This document shows, piece after piece, positions 8,328 to 17,767 of a DNA stretch of 64,000 bases. The stretch spans positions 306 through 64,305 of the forward strand of contig JAVBOY010000004.1 in the NCBI GenBank assembly GCA_031550085.1, in the 5' to 3' direction. Source of the DNA: Lentimicrobiaceae bacterium (GTDB taxonomy: Bacteria > Bacteroidota > Bacteroidia > Bacteroidales > UBA4417). Numbering within the stretch: the stretch's first letter is position 1; each line of letters opens with the position of its first letter. The position numbers were made by a program, and so were the translations under genes. The notes under the pieces are model-generated. The model was not told the origin of the DNA, did no database searches, and saw only the letters and a program-made list of their open reading frames with translations.

Positions 8328-11300
8328 ATGAAAAAAATTTTATTTTACTCGTTGTTGCTTTTCTATTCTACCACATCTTTTGCCCAATTTACCGGGAACA
8401 AATCCGTTCCGGGGGATTATGCATTGCTTCAGGCGGCTATGGCCGGCCTGAATGCGCAGGATGTTGGCACGGGAGGAGGAACTGATCCTTCTTCAAGGGG
8501 AATAGAGGCAACAAGCAAAACCGTTTCTGATCCTAACATTTCTTTTGGAAATGAAAATTCCTTCCAAACGTTAACCGAAAAAACGACCCAAACCTCTACC
8601 AACGATTTCGCATCACTTACCGAAATTGATTATCAAAAAAAAATTGAAACCACTTCAATGCCCCTTCATGAGCTTTATGCTCAATCATTACCTCCTGCAG
8701 CGCAATATGGTTCTTTAAACAAAAACAGCGCTTATGCAGAGGTAAACCTTTCTGAGGAAAAAAATTCAATTGAAAATTTATCTTCTCCTCGCACTTCGGA
8801 ATCTAAACACAGCATCCCCGCTCCTCTTGCTGCACCGTCCACAGCAACGACAAATGAAGCCACAAATATTACCACAACAGGGGCAACACTCAATGGAACC
8901 GTAGTTGATAACGGAATACCTGCCACGGTTACTTTTGAATATGGTTTGGACGATACTTACGGAACGGTTGTTACGGCAGCCGAAAGCCCGGTTACAGGAG
9001 GGGTTTCCACTCCGGTAAGCGCCGTAATCAGCGGACTGGTACCCAATACAACCTATCACTTCCGGGTAGTTGCGGAAGATACCGATGGGACTACCTCTGG
9101 TTTGGATCAAACTTTTACCACAGCATGTCCTATCATTATTGCTACCATTTCAGGGGAAGATACGCTTTGTGCAAATTCAACCGCTGTTGTATTCTCTACC
9201 GAAAGCGGTCAATCCAACTATGTTTGGTCAGTGATCGGGGATGCTACCATCGTTTCGGGCGACGGGAACGAAAGCATTACCGTTGATTTCGGAGCGGCTG
9301 GGAACGACACGATTTCCGTCACCTATGTGGATGAAAACGGTTGCGCTCCGGCCGAACCCGTTCAGTTTGCCGTCGTTATCAATCCCTTGCCGGTGGCTAC
9401 CATAAGCGGGGAAGATACGCTTTGTGCCAATTCAACCGCTGTTGTATTCTCTACCGAAAGCGGTCAATCCAACTATGTTTGGTCGGTCATCGGAGATGCA
9501 ACCATCGTTTCGGGTGACGGTACCGAAAGTATTACCGTCGACTTTGGCGCAGCAGGGAACGATACCCTTTCTGTCACCTATTTGGATGAAAACGGCTGCG
9601 CTCCGGCGGAACCCGTTCAGTTTGCCGTCGTTATCAATCCCTTGCCGGTGGCTACCATTAGCGGAGAAGATACGCTTTGTGCCAATTCAACCGCTGTTGT
9701 ATTCTCCACCGAAAGCGGCCAATCCAACTATGTGTGGTCGGTCATCGGAGATGCAACCATCGTTTCAGGCGACGGTACCGAAAGCATTACCGTTGATTTC
9801 GGAGCGGCGGGGAACGATACGCTTTCCGTCACGTATGTGGACGAAAACGGTTGTTCACCTCTCGAACCTGTTCTGTTTCCCATTTTGGTGAATCCGCTAC
9901 CGCTGGCTACCATAGCCGGGGAAGATACGCTTTGTGCCAATTCCACCGGCCTTGTATTCTCGACCGAGAGCGGGCAATCCAATTATGTTTGGTCCGTGAT
10001 CGGGGATGCTACGATTGTGTCGGGCGACGCTACCGAAAGTATTACCGTTGATTTCGGAGCGGCCGGGAACGATACGCTTTCCGTCACTTATGTGGACGAA
10101 AACGGTTGTTCGCCGCTCGAACCTGTTCTGTTTCCCATTTTGGTGAATCCGCTACCGCTGGCTACCATAGCCGGGGAAGATACGCTTTGTGCCAATTCCT
10201 CCGGTATTGTCTTCTCTACCGAAAGCGGGCAATCCAATTATGTTTGGTCCGTGATCGGGGATGCTACGATTGTGTCGGGCGACGGTACCGAAAGCATTAC
10301 CGTTGATTTCGGAGCGGCAGGGAACGATACCCTTTCCGTCACTTATGTGGATGAAAACGGTTGCTCGCCACTCGAACCCGCCCAGTTTGCCATTCTCGTC
10401 AGCCCGATCCCGGTGGCTACCATAAGCGGGGAAGATACGCTTTGTGCCAATTCAACCGGTCTTGTGTTCACGACTGAGAGCGGACAATCCAACTATGTTT
10501 GGTCGGTCATCGGAGATGCAACCATCGTTTCAGGCGACGGGACCGAAAGCATTACCGTTGATTTCGGAGCGGCAGGGAACGACACGATTTCTGTGACCTA
10601 CGTGGATGAAAACGGTTGCTCGCCACTCGAACCCGCCCAGTTTGCCATTCTCGTCAACCCGATCCCGTTGGCTACCATAAGCGGGGAAGATACGCTTTGT
10701 GCCAATTCCTCCGGTCTTGTGTTCACGACTGAGAGCGGACAATCCAACTATGTTTGGTCGGTTATCGGAGATGCTACCATCGTTTCGGGCGACGGAACCG
10801 AAAGTATTACGGTTGATTTCGGAGCTGCTGGAAACGATACGCTTTCTGTCACCTATGTGGATGAAAACGGTTGTTCGCCACTCGAACCCGCTCAGTTTGC
10901 CATTCTCGTCAGCCCGATCCCGGTGGCTACGATTACCGGTGAAGATACGCTTTGTGCAAATTCCTCCGGTCTTGTGTTCACGACTGAGAGCGGTCAATCC
11001 AACTATGTGTGGTCGGTCACCGGAGATGCAACCATCGTTTCGGGCGACGGAACCGAAAGTATTACTGTTGATTTCGGAGCAGCAGGAAACGATACGCTTT
11101 CCGTCACTTATGTGGATGAAAACGGTTGCTCGCCAGCCGAACCCGTTCTGTTTGCCATTTTGGTCAATCCGCTGCCCATCCCGGTTATTTCGGGTGAAAA
11201 CTCGATTTGTGAAAACTCAACCGGTATTGTATTCTCCACCGAAAGCGGACAATCCAACTATGTGTGGTCGGTCATCGGAGATGCTACCATCGTTTCAGGC

Positions 11301-13475
11301 GACGGTACCGAAAGCATTACCGTTGATTTCGGAGCGGCTGGAAACGATACGCTTTCCGTCACTTATGTGGATGAAAACGGTTGTGTTCCACTTGAACCTA
11401 CCCAATTTGCCATTTTGGTTAATCCGCTACCGGTGGCTACGATTACCGGTGAAGATACGCTTTGTGCAAATTCCACCGCTGTTGTCTTCTCCACCGAAAG
11501 CGGCCAAGCCAACTATGTTTGGTCGATCATTGGGGATGCAACTCTTGTTTCCGGCGACGGGACCGAAAGCATTACCGTCGACTTTGGCGCAGCAGGGAAC
11601 GATACGCTTTCCGTCACTTATGTAGATGAAAACGGTTGCTCGCCACTCGTGCCCGATCAACTTGCCGTCTTGGTCAATCCGCTGCCCGTACCGGTTATTT
11701 CGGGCGAGGATTCTCTTTGTGAAAATGCAACGGGGATTGTGTACACAACCGAAAGCGGACAATCCAACTATGTTTGGTCGGTTGCAGGAGATGCCAGCAT
11801 TGTTTCGGGTGACGGGACCGAAAGCATTACCGTCGACTTCGGGGCAGCCGGCAACGACACGATTTCGGTGACTTATACGGACGAAAACGGTTGCTCGCCG
11901 CTCGTACCCGCTCAATTTGCCGTTATTGTCGCACCTACCCTCACCACTGCAGGCGAAATTTCAGGGCCCGATTCCATTGATATTCCTTCAACAGGAAATG
12001 TATACTCGGTTTCACCTCTGGCAGGAGCTACCACCTATACCTGGACTGTTTTATCGGGAGGAACCATTACCAGCGGACAGGGGACATCGTCTATTACCGT
12101 TGATTTCCCGGCATCAACCGTTTTGGGAAGCATCAGCGTCATTGCCTCCAATGCTTGCAGCGAAACGGAAGCTTCAAGCCTGGAAATCAGCATCAATGCC
12201 CCGGTAGCAGCAGGGCTTATTTTCAGCCCGACCAACTCTTCGCAAGTTTGTATCGGATCGTCGGGGCACGTTTATAGCGTTGATCCTATTTTAAACGCGG
12301 CATCCTATGTGTGGAGCGTTCCGGAAGGAGCCATTATTGATAACGGGCAAGGAACGCCAAGTATTTCCGTAAGTTATCCCGAAGGTTCTGTTTCGGGTGA
12401 TGTGACGGTTTACGGCGTAAACAGTTCCGGAAATGGAGCGCCCTCATCGTTCGCGGTAGGTGTAAATGTCCTGCCCAATGCTCCGACCATCACAGGGAAC
12501 ACCGATGTCTGTCAGCAAGCTTATGAAATCTACGAAACGGAAGACAGCATGACAAACTACGACTGGGAAGTAACGGGCGGCTTGATCGTTTTCAATACCG
12601 GAAACCGGGTTACGGTTTGGTGGCAAGAAAGCGGTCTCCAATCCATTAGCGTGACGTATGCCAATGCAGGAGGTTGCACGGCAACCATACCGACGACCGT
12701 GGCTGTTACGGTCAGAGGGCTTCCTATTAGCGCCGGACCTGTGGTCGGTGAATCCAAAGTTTGTACTCCGGCAGAAGGTATTGCGTTCAGCACACAACCT
12801 ATTTTCGAAGCAACCAGTTATGAATGGATTCTTCCGGACGGCGCAACCATTGTGTCGGGAGCCGGCACCAATCAAATTGTCGTTGATTTTGCTGCCAATG
12901 CGCAAAGCGGTTCCATTTTGGTTCGTGGGGTTAATAGCTGCGGTGAAGGCGGATTCTCCCTGCCCTTTGTTCTAGAAGCAAGCGCAACACCGGAACCTCC
13001 CCTCATTTATATCAATGATGAAGGTTTGTTGGTGACCAATCTGACAGCGGGCACCTTCCAATGGTATCTGAACGGTAGTCCTTTATTGGGAGCTACGAAT
13101 CCGACACTGGCGGCATTGGTTTCCGGATTGTATCATCTGATTGTTATCGTCAACGGGTGCGAATCCGCGCCTTCGAATATTGTAGGCGTGACGGTGGGTG
13201 TCACAGACAAGCCGGTTTATACGCGAATCAACTTGTATCCGGTACCTAATACGGGTAAGTTTACTGTTTCTTTCGACTCGCAAAAGCAAGAAACGTACAC
13301 CATCCGGATTTTATCTGCCATCGGAGCGCAAGTGTACAAATCGGAATCCATCGTTGTAAACGGCAAGTTCGATAAACAAATCACGCTTCCGAGCGACATT
13401 CCTGCCGGAGTTTATACGGTCCGGATTGAAGGTTCGGGCGGAGAATTTACCAAAAAGATGATTATTACCAAATAA
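8328..13475 (+). CDS. Large T9SS-secreted surface protein/adhesin: FN3 domain, 11 near-identical and about 4 divergent PKD/Ig-like repeats, type A CTD
   Basis: Signal peptide from ATG 8328; FN3-like ATLNGTV..FEYG..GLVPNTTYHFRVVA; 85-aa repeats; CTD NLYPVPNTGKF..GVYTVRI..KKMIITK. Confidence 0.9.
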   Translation: MKKILFYSLLLFYSTTSFAQFTGNKSVPGDYALLQAAMAGLNAQDVGTGGGTDPSSRGIEATSKTVSDPNISFGNENSFQTLTEKTTQTSTNDFASLTEIDYQKKIETTSMPLHELYAQSLPPAAQYGSLNKNSAYAEVNLSEEKNSIENLSSPRTSESKHSIPAPLAAPSTATTNEATNITTTGATLNGTVVDNGIPATVTFEYGLDDTYGTVVTAAESPVTGGVSTPVSAVISGLVPNTTYHFRVVAEDTDGTTSGLDQTFTTACPIIIATISGEDTLCANSTAVVFSTESGQSNYVWSVIGDATIVSGDGNESITVDFGAAGNDTISVTYVDENGCAPAEPVQFAVVINPLPVATISGEDTLCANSTAVVFSTESGQSNYVWSVIGDATIVSGDGTESITVDFGAAGNDTLSVTYLDENGCAPAEPVQFAVVINPLPVATISGEDTLCANSTAVVFSTESGQSNYVWSVIGDATIVSGDGTESITVDFGAAGNDTLSVTYVDENGCSPLEPVLFPILVNPLPLATIAGEDTLCANSTGLVFSTESGQSNYVWSVIGDATIVSGDATESITVDFGAAGNDTLSVTYVDENGCSPLEPVLFPILVNPLPLATIAGEDTLCANSSGIVFSTESGQSNYVWSVIGDATIVSGDGTESITVDFGAAGNDTLSVTYVDENGCSPLEPAQFAILVSPIPVATISGEDTLCANSTGLVFTTESGQSNYVWSVIGDATIVSGDGTESITVDFGAAGNDTISVTYVDENGCSPLEPAQFAILVNPIPLATISGEDTLCANSSGLVFTTESGQSNYVWSVIGDATIVSGDGTESITVDFGAAGNDTLSVTYVDENGCSPLEPAQFAILVSPIPVATITGEDTLCANSSGLVFTTESGQSNYVWSVTGDATIVSGDGTESITVDFGAAGNDTLSVTYVDENGCSPAEPVLFAILVNPLPIPVISGENSICENSTGIVFSTESGQSNYVWSVIGDATIVSGDGTESITVDFGAAGNDTLSVTYVDENGCVPLEPTQFAILVNPLPVATITGEDTLCANSTAVVFSTESGQANYVWSIIGDATLVSGDGTESITVDFGAAGNDTLSVTYVDENGCSPLVPDQLAVLVNPLPVPVISGEDSLCENATGIVYTTESGQSNYVWSVAGDASIVSGDGTESITVDFGAAGNDTISVTYTDENGCSPLVPAQFAVIVAPTLTTAGEISGPDSIDIPSTGNVYSVSPLAGATTYTWTVLSGGTITSGQGTSSITVDFPASTVLGSISVIASNACSETEASSLEISINAPVAAGLIFSPTNSSQVCIGSSGHVYSVDPILNAASYVWSVPEGAIIDNGQGTPSISVSYPEGSVSGDVTVYGVNSSGNGAPSSFAVGVNVLPNAPTITGNTDVCQQAYEIYETEDSMTNYDWEVTGGLIVFNTGNRVTVWWQESGLQSISVTYANAGGCTATIPTTVAVTVRGLPISAGPVVGESKVCTPAEGIAFSTQPIFEATSYEWILPDGATIVSGAGTNQIVVDFAANAQSGSILVRGVNSCGEGGFSLPFVLEASATPEPPLIYINDEGLLVTNLTAGTFQWYLNGSPLLGATNPTLAALVSGLYHLIVIVNGCESAPSNIVGVTVGVTDKPVYTRINLYPVPNTGKFTVSFDSQKQETYTIRILSAIGAQVYKSESIVVNGKFDKQITLPSDIPAGVYTVRIEGSGGEFTKKMIITK
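9141..11945 (+). repeat. 11 tandem 255-bp intragenic repeats
   Basis: Units start at 9141, 9396 ... 11691 with an exact 255-bp period. Confidence 0.95.
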
Positions 13476-13488
13476 ACATCGGATTTGA

Positions 13489-13527
13489 GGAACCCTATTT
13501 AAATTACCCTCAAATGGGGTTCCTTTT
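13489..13527 (+). terminator. Intrinsic terminator after the adhesin gene
   Basis: GGAACCCTATTT / AAATGGGGTTCC stem followed by TTTT. Confidence 0.7.
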
Positions 13528-13697
13528 CAAAGAGAGTTGCAGGCATCCGTTTGTAACTCTCTTTTTATTTCTAGCACTTTTTAATGGTTTACCACGTTTG
13601 TCCGTTTTAAGCATCCCTGACTGTTTGGATATTGGATAAACAAAAAAGAGGCCGCCATATCGAAATACAGCAGCCCCTTTGTATTGACTGAAAGTGC

Positions 13698-14228
13698 TTA
13701 TCTTACTTGATTGAGCGCAAGCACTCTTTTTGAAATTACATAATAGCTTCCAAATAAAACGGTGCAAAAGAACAGATCTCCCATAATTCCATTCAGGAAG
13801 AAGGGCAATCCGGCTATGTATGCTTGCATCAGCCCGGCAACGTTCATGGGGTAAGGCATCATTTGGGTCATCCAGGTACCGAAATTCGTTACCAGGAAAA
13901 ACAACGTCGAGGATGCCAAGGACATAGCAACCACATTGACCACCTTTACATTCCGGCGTAAAACAAAACCCAAAGCAACGATTGCAATAAACGCAACATA
14001 AACCCAAATCATCGTTGCATGAAAGCCGATAAAAAGGTCGCTGACAAACATAGCGGCTATCGGAAGCAAAAACGCCAACTCTTTCCGTTTGATATAAGTT
14101 CCTCCAAACAATGCCATCGCTGCCAACGGGGTAAAGTTCGGCCAATGCGGGATGAATCTCAAAACAGCTGCCAATAGTACCAAAGCGGCGATAAAAAAGA
14201 ATTGCGATTTAAAGATTTTTGTATTCAT
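13698..14228 (-). CDS. DUF6580-like putative transport protein (solitary ECF S-component-like)
   Basis: 176 aa, hydrophobic; RFIPHWPNFTP..AMALFGG, SDLFIGF, LFFLVTNFG.W, YIAGLPFF motifs. Confidence 0.8.
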   Translation of the reverse strand: MNTKIFKSQFFFIAALVLLAAVLRFIPHWPNFTPLAAMALFGGTYIKRKELAFLLPIAAMFVSDLFIGFHATMIWVYVAFIAIVALGFVLRRNVKVVNVVAMSLASSTLFFLVTNFGTWMTQMMPYPMNVAGLMQAYIAGLPFFLNGIMGDLFFCTVLFGSYYVISKRVLALNQVR

Positions 14229-14256
14229 TTGGTTCGTTAAGTTTTTAATTAGGCGG

Positions 14257-14264
14257 CAAAGATA
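14257..14264 (-). promoter_or_regulatory. -7 promoter box TATCTTTG for the DUF6580 gene
   Basis: Perfect TAnnTTTG about 30 nt upstream of the ATG. Confidence 0.65.
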
Positions 14265-14466
14265 GTGAAATCCTTAGAAATTTATCCGTTATGCAAAAAT
14301 TTATTGGGAAAACAAACGAGTGAAATTTCGAACAATATGAGCGGGCCACAAAGATTTTGTCACGATCCGGTTTACAAAGCGGCATCCCCACGAAACTTTT
14401 TGGAGAAGATTTAGAATCTGTAAAAAAAAACAGAAAGAATTCTTTTTGACAAGATTAACAGGAAAG

Positions 14467-14618
14467 GAGGTATTCAAAAAGTCAAAAAACATCACCACAA
14501 GGAGCACAAAAAAATCTTGCAGAAAGGATACAATTGCATGAAAATAAAACTGTTAACTTTGTACTCTTTGTATAAACTTCGTGTTTTGTGGTAAAAAAAA
14601 CTCTTTTTGAGCAGCCTC
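14467..14618. mobile_element. Candidate 152-bp MITE-like element with imperfect terminal inverted repeats
   Basis: GAGGTATTCAAAAAG 14467-14481 vs CTTTTTGAGCAGCCTC 14603-14618; nested ACCACAA..CACAAA / TTCGTG..TTGTGGT; no clean target-site duplication. Confidence 0.45.
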
Positions 14619-14624
14619 AAAAAG
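14593..14624 (-). terminator. Terminator-like hairpin after the methyltransferase-DUF4256 genes
   Basis: CTTTTTGAG-CAGC-CTCAAAAAG 9-bp stem; the A8 tract at 14593-14600 gives a U-tract on the minus strand. Confidence 0.55.
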
Positions 14625-14664
14625 CAGTTGTACCAGCCATATAAAGATCAAGTTCTCAGGTTTT

Positions 14665-15234
14665 TCAAACTCTTAGCACCGCACGAAATGCCCTGACGCT
14701 ATAATAAGAAGGGGCGCTGTTGTGAAACACAAAAACCTGCCCGTAACGGTATTCGGCAAAGAGGGCGCCTCCAAGCTTCCGGATACCGGAAGGCGTTAGG
14801 ATCCAACTCGACGTTTTCGTATCGAACGTTCCCAATCGCTGCAACTCCCGGTATTGTTCTTCTGTCAGCAATTCGATCCCTATGGCCGCCGCCAGGTCTA
14901 TCGCATTGTTTTCCGGCGGATGTTCTTTCCGTGATTCCTGCGCTTCCCGGTCGTAACAAACATTCCGGCGTCCTTTGGGCGTCTCGGCCGAACAATCGAA
15001 AAAAAGATATTCCCCCGTCTTTTCATCATAGCCGGCCACATCGGGTTCTCCGCCGGTCCGTTCCATTTCGTTCAGCGACCACAGCTTTTCCGGATCCGCT
15101 TCCAACTTTGCTTGAATGCCGCTCCAGTCAAGATTGCTGTGGCGTCTTTTGTTTTTCTCAAAACGGGTTTTCAACGTTTTGAGCAGTTCCTCACGCTGAG
15201 CTGAAGTCAATATTTTAGGTTCATTATTCTGCAT
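14665..15234 (-). CDS. DUF4256 family protein
   Basis: LKTRFEKN..RH...W, EMERTGGEPDV, SAETPKGRR..CYDREA, FDTKTSSW, GGALF motifs. Confidence 0.85.
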   Translation of the reverse strand: MQNNEPKILTSAQREELLKTLKTRFEKNKRRHSNLDWSGIQAKLEADPEKLWSLNEMERTGGEPDVAGYDEKTGEYLFFDCSAETPKGRRNVCYDREAQESRKEHPPENNAIDLAAAIGIELLTEEQYRELQRLGTFDTKTSSWILTPSGIRKLGGALFAEYRYGQVFVFHNSAPSYYSVRAFRAVLRV

Positions 15235-15258
15235 TCCTTTTCATTGTATGCGTTTATT

Positions 15259-16074
15259 TCAGCTTTTCTTAGTCGCTACAAGGGAATAAACCATCGGAAT
15301 TTTATCATCCAAATGGGCAATCCGGTATTTTTTCGGTTCGATTTCGATCGTTTTTTCAAAACAGTTGTACGGAGAGTAATCAAATTCATCGAATGATTCT
15401 ATTTCAAGCCCGTTTTTCAGAAGGCTGTTGATTACTTCGCTCAGGCTGTGGTTCCACATCACATACTCCTGACTTATGCCGGCATTCCGGTCTGTATACG
15501 TCCCGCTTAAGGTTTCTACAATAGCTCCCGTATTGAAATAGTTGTACTTTATTTTTTCAAAATAATCATCGAACATCCAAACCACCGGATGAAATTCCAC
15601 AAACACAAACTTGCCGCCGGGCTTCAGGAAGCGGGAAACGATGTTTGCCCATTTATCCAAATCGGGCAACCAGCCAATTGTTCCGTAACTGGTGAACACC
15701 ACATCGAAGCTCTTGTCCAAATAATCGGGCAAATCGTAAAGATCACAGCAAATAAAGGTTGCTGCAGCATTTACGTTAGCTGCAAGTTCTTTCGCCTTCG
15801 CAATCGCCTGGTCCGATAAGTCCACGCCGGTAACCTCCGCTCCAAGCCAATGCAAGGATATGGTATCCTGTCCGAAATGGCATTGCAAATGCAAGACGGA
15901 TTTGCCATGGATGTCCCCTAATCGATTTAATTCGATGTCGTTTAAAGAAGTATTTCCTTTCACAAAATGATCCAGGTTATAGAACTCCGATTTTGCATGG
16001 ATTTCGGTCCGTTTGTTCCAGGATTGCCGGTTGATTTCAATGTAATTCAAGGCGGTGTTTGCTTTATTTTCCAT
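15259..16074 (-). CDS. Class I SAM-dependent methyltransferase
   Basis: VLHLQCHFGQD motif I, VTGVDLS, FDVVFTSYG, LKPGG. Confidence 0.9.
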   Translation of the reverse strand: MENKANTALNYIEINRQSWNKRTEIHAKSEFYNLDHFVKGNTSLNDIELNRLGDIHGKSVLHLQCHFGQDTISLHWLGAEVTGVDLSDQAIAKAKELAANVNAAATFICCDLYDLPDYLDKSFDVVFTSYGTIGWLPDLDKWANIVSRFLKPGGKFVFVEFHPVVWMFDDYFEKIKYNYFNTGAIVETLSGTYTDRNAGISQEYVMWNHSLSEVINSLLKNGLEIESFDEFDYSPYNCFEKTIEIEPKKYRIAHLDDKIPMVYSLVATKKS

Positions 16075-16408
16075 TATCGTTTTCTTTTGTGTTTCCCCAT
16101 TCGGGCTTACGCTGAGCCGGTGTCTGTTTTCGAAGCACTCAATGGTATGACTACAACAACCAAGACGAGATTTTAGCCCAGCGGAAGATCCAAAAAATTT
16201 AGTTGGTTTAAAAATGCGCGAATCAAAACAAAACTACAAAATTCCGGACGTTATGCAAATCGTGAAAAACCATTTTGAATTATCAGATAAAAACGGCAAC
16301 TTTGTACGAAAATATGAACCTTTTGAAAGGCCCCTTGTTACTTCGGTAACAATCCATTTTCCGTATCGGAATTTAATTTCAAAAAACAAATAAGCCCAAG
16401 GCAACTTC

Positions 16409-17719
16409 ATGAATAGCAATATTCCAAATACCGGACAAAAACGGGTAGTCATCGCAGGCGGCGGTTTTGCCGGCTTGAAACTGGCCCACAAACTTTCAAA
16501 AAGCAACTTCCAGGTTGTTCTTATTGACAAAAACAATTACCATCAATTTCAACCCCTTTATTATCAGGTAGCTACTGCAGGACTGGAACCCAGTTCCATT
16601 TCATTCCCCTTGCGGAAAGTTTTCCAGAACTCAAAAAATGTGTTCATCCGTTTGGCCGAAATCTTGTCGGTGGATCCCTTTGAAAAATTGATCCATACCA
16701 CCATCGGAAAAGTTTCTTACGACTATTTGGTGTTGGCCTTGGGGACCACGACCAATTTCTTTGGCAACCATCAATTGGAAGAGAATTCGATTCCCATGAA
16801 ATCGGTTGCAGAAGCTTTGGCTTTAAGAAACCAGATCCTGCAGAATTTCGAGGACGCCCTTACCTCCAATGACGACAAAGAGCTGGAGCAGTTGATCACG
16901 CTTGTTGTAGTAGGCGGCGGGCCGACAGGAGTCGAGGTTTCGGGTACCTTGGCCGAAATGCGGAAATACATTCTGCCGAAAGACTATCCCGAAATCGATT
17001 TTTCGAAAATGCAAATCCACTTATTGGAAGCAGGCGACCGCCTTCTGGCGGGAATGAGTGAAAAGTCTTCGAAAAAAGCGCACAAATACCTGAAGCGCTT
17101 GGGTGTTACGATTCATACGAATTGCCAGGTATTGGAATACGACGGCGAACGGGTTTTAATGAAAAACGATGATCCCATCCATTGTAAAATCTTGTTGTGG
17201 GCCGCCGGTGTTACCGGAAATCTTATTGAAGGATTGCCCAAAACGGTTTTCACCCGGGGCAACCGCTTGAAAGTAAACGCTTTTAATCAAGTAGAAGGCT
17301 TCGATGATATTTTTGCGCTGGGCGACATCGCATTCATGACCGAAAAAAAATATCCCAACGGGCACCCGCAAATGGCGCAACCGGCTATTCAACAGGCAAA
17401 GCTGTTGGCAAAAAATCTTCAACAGATCGAAAAGAAAAAGAGTTTAAAGCCTTTCCATTACACCAACAAAGGAACCATGGCTACCATCGGCCGGAATTTG
17501 GCTGTGGTCGACCTGCCGTTTATTCATTTCTACGGCTTCTTTGCCTGGGTTACCTGGATGTTTGTCCACCTGATGGCCATTGTCGGCGTAAAAAACCGGC
17601 TGATGATTTTTATCAATTGGTTCTGGAATTACGTCACCTACGACCAGTCGCTGCGGTTGATCATAAAACCGTTTCTCAGGAACAAGCTAAAGAAAGCAGA
17701 AGAGTTAAAGCATTCCTAA
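16409..17719 (+). CDS. ndh: Type II NADH dehydrogenase (NDH-2)
   Basis: GGGFAG FAD motif, FQPLYYQVATAGL, VVGGGPTGVE NADH motif, GD..AQPAIQQ, KGTMATIGR. Confidence 0.9.
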   Translation: MNSNIPNTGQKRVVIAGGGFAGLKLAHKLSKSNFQVVLIDKNNYHQFQPLYYQVATAGLEPSSISFPLRKVFQNSKNVFIRLAEILSVDPFEKLIHTTIGKVSYDYLVLALGTTTNFFGNHQLEENSIPMKSVAEALALRNQILQNFEDALTSNDDKELEQLITLVVVGGGPTGVEVSGTLAEMRKYILPKDYPEIDFSKMQIHLLEAGDRLLAGMSEKSSKKAHKYLKRLGVTIHTNCQVLEYDGERVLMKNDDPIHCKILLWAAGVTGNLIEGLPKTVFTRGNRLKVNAFNQVEGFDDIFALGDIAFMTEKKYPNGHPQMAQPAIQQAKLLAKNLQQIEKKKSLKPFHYTNKGTMATIGRNLAVVDLPFIHFYGFFAWVTWMFVHLMAIVGVKNRLMIFINWFWNYVTYDQSLRLIIKPFLRNKLKKAEELKHS

Positions 17720-17720
17720 A

Positions 17721-17752
17721 CAAAAAAGAGTGGGAAAACCCACTCTTTTTTG
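17721..17752. terminator. Bidirectional intrinsic terminator between convergent genes
   Basis: Perfect CAAAAAAGAGTGGG-AAAA-CCCACTCTTTTTTG. Confidence 0.9.
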
Positions 17753-17767
17753 TTTTTATCCTGTTCA

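Noticed and set aside
14229-14466. Cobalamin riboswitch upstream of the DUF6580 gene
   Set aside because: The promoter box is only about 30 nt from the ATG and no GGGAA..GGTG..AATCC..GCnACTGT core was seen.
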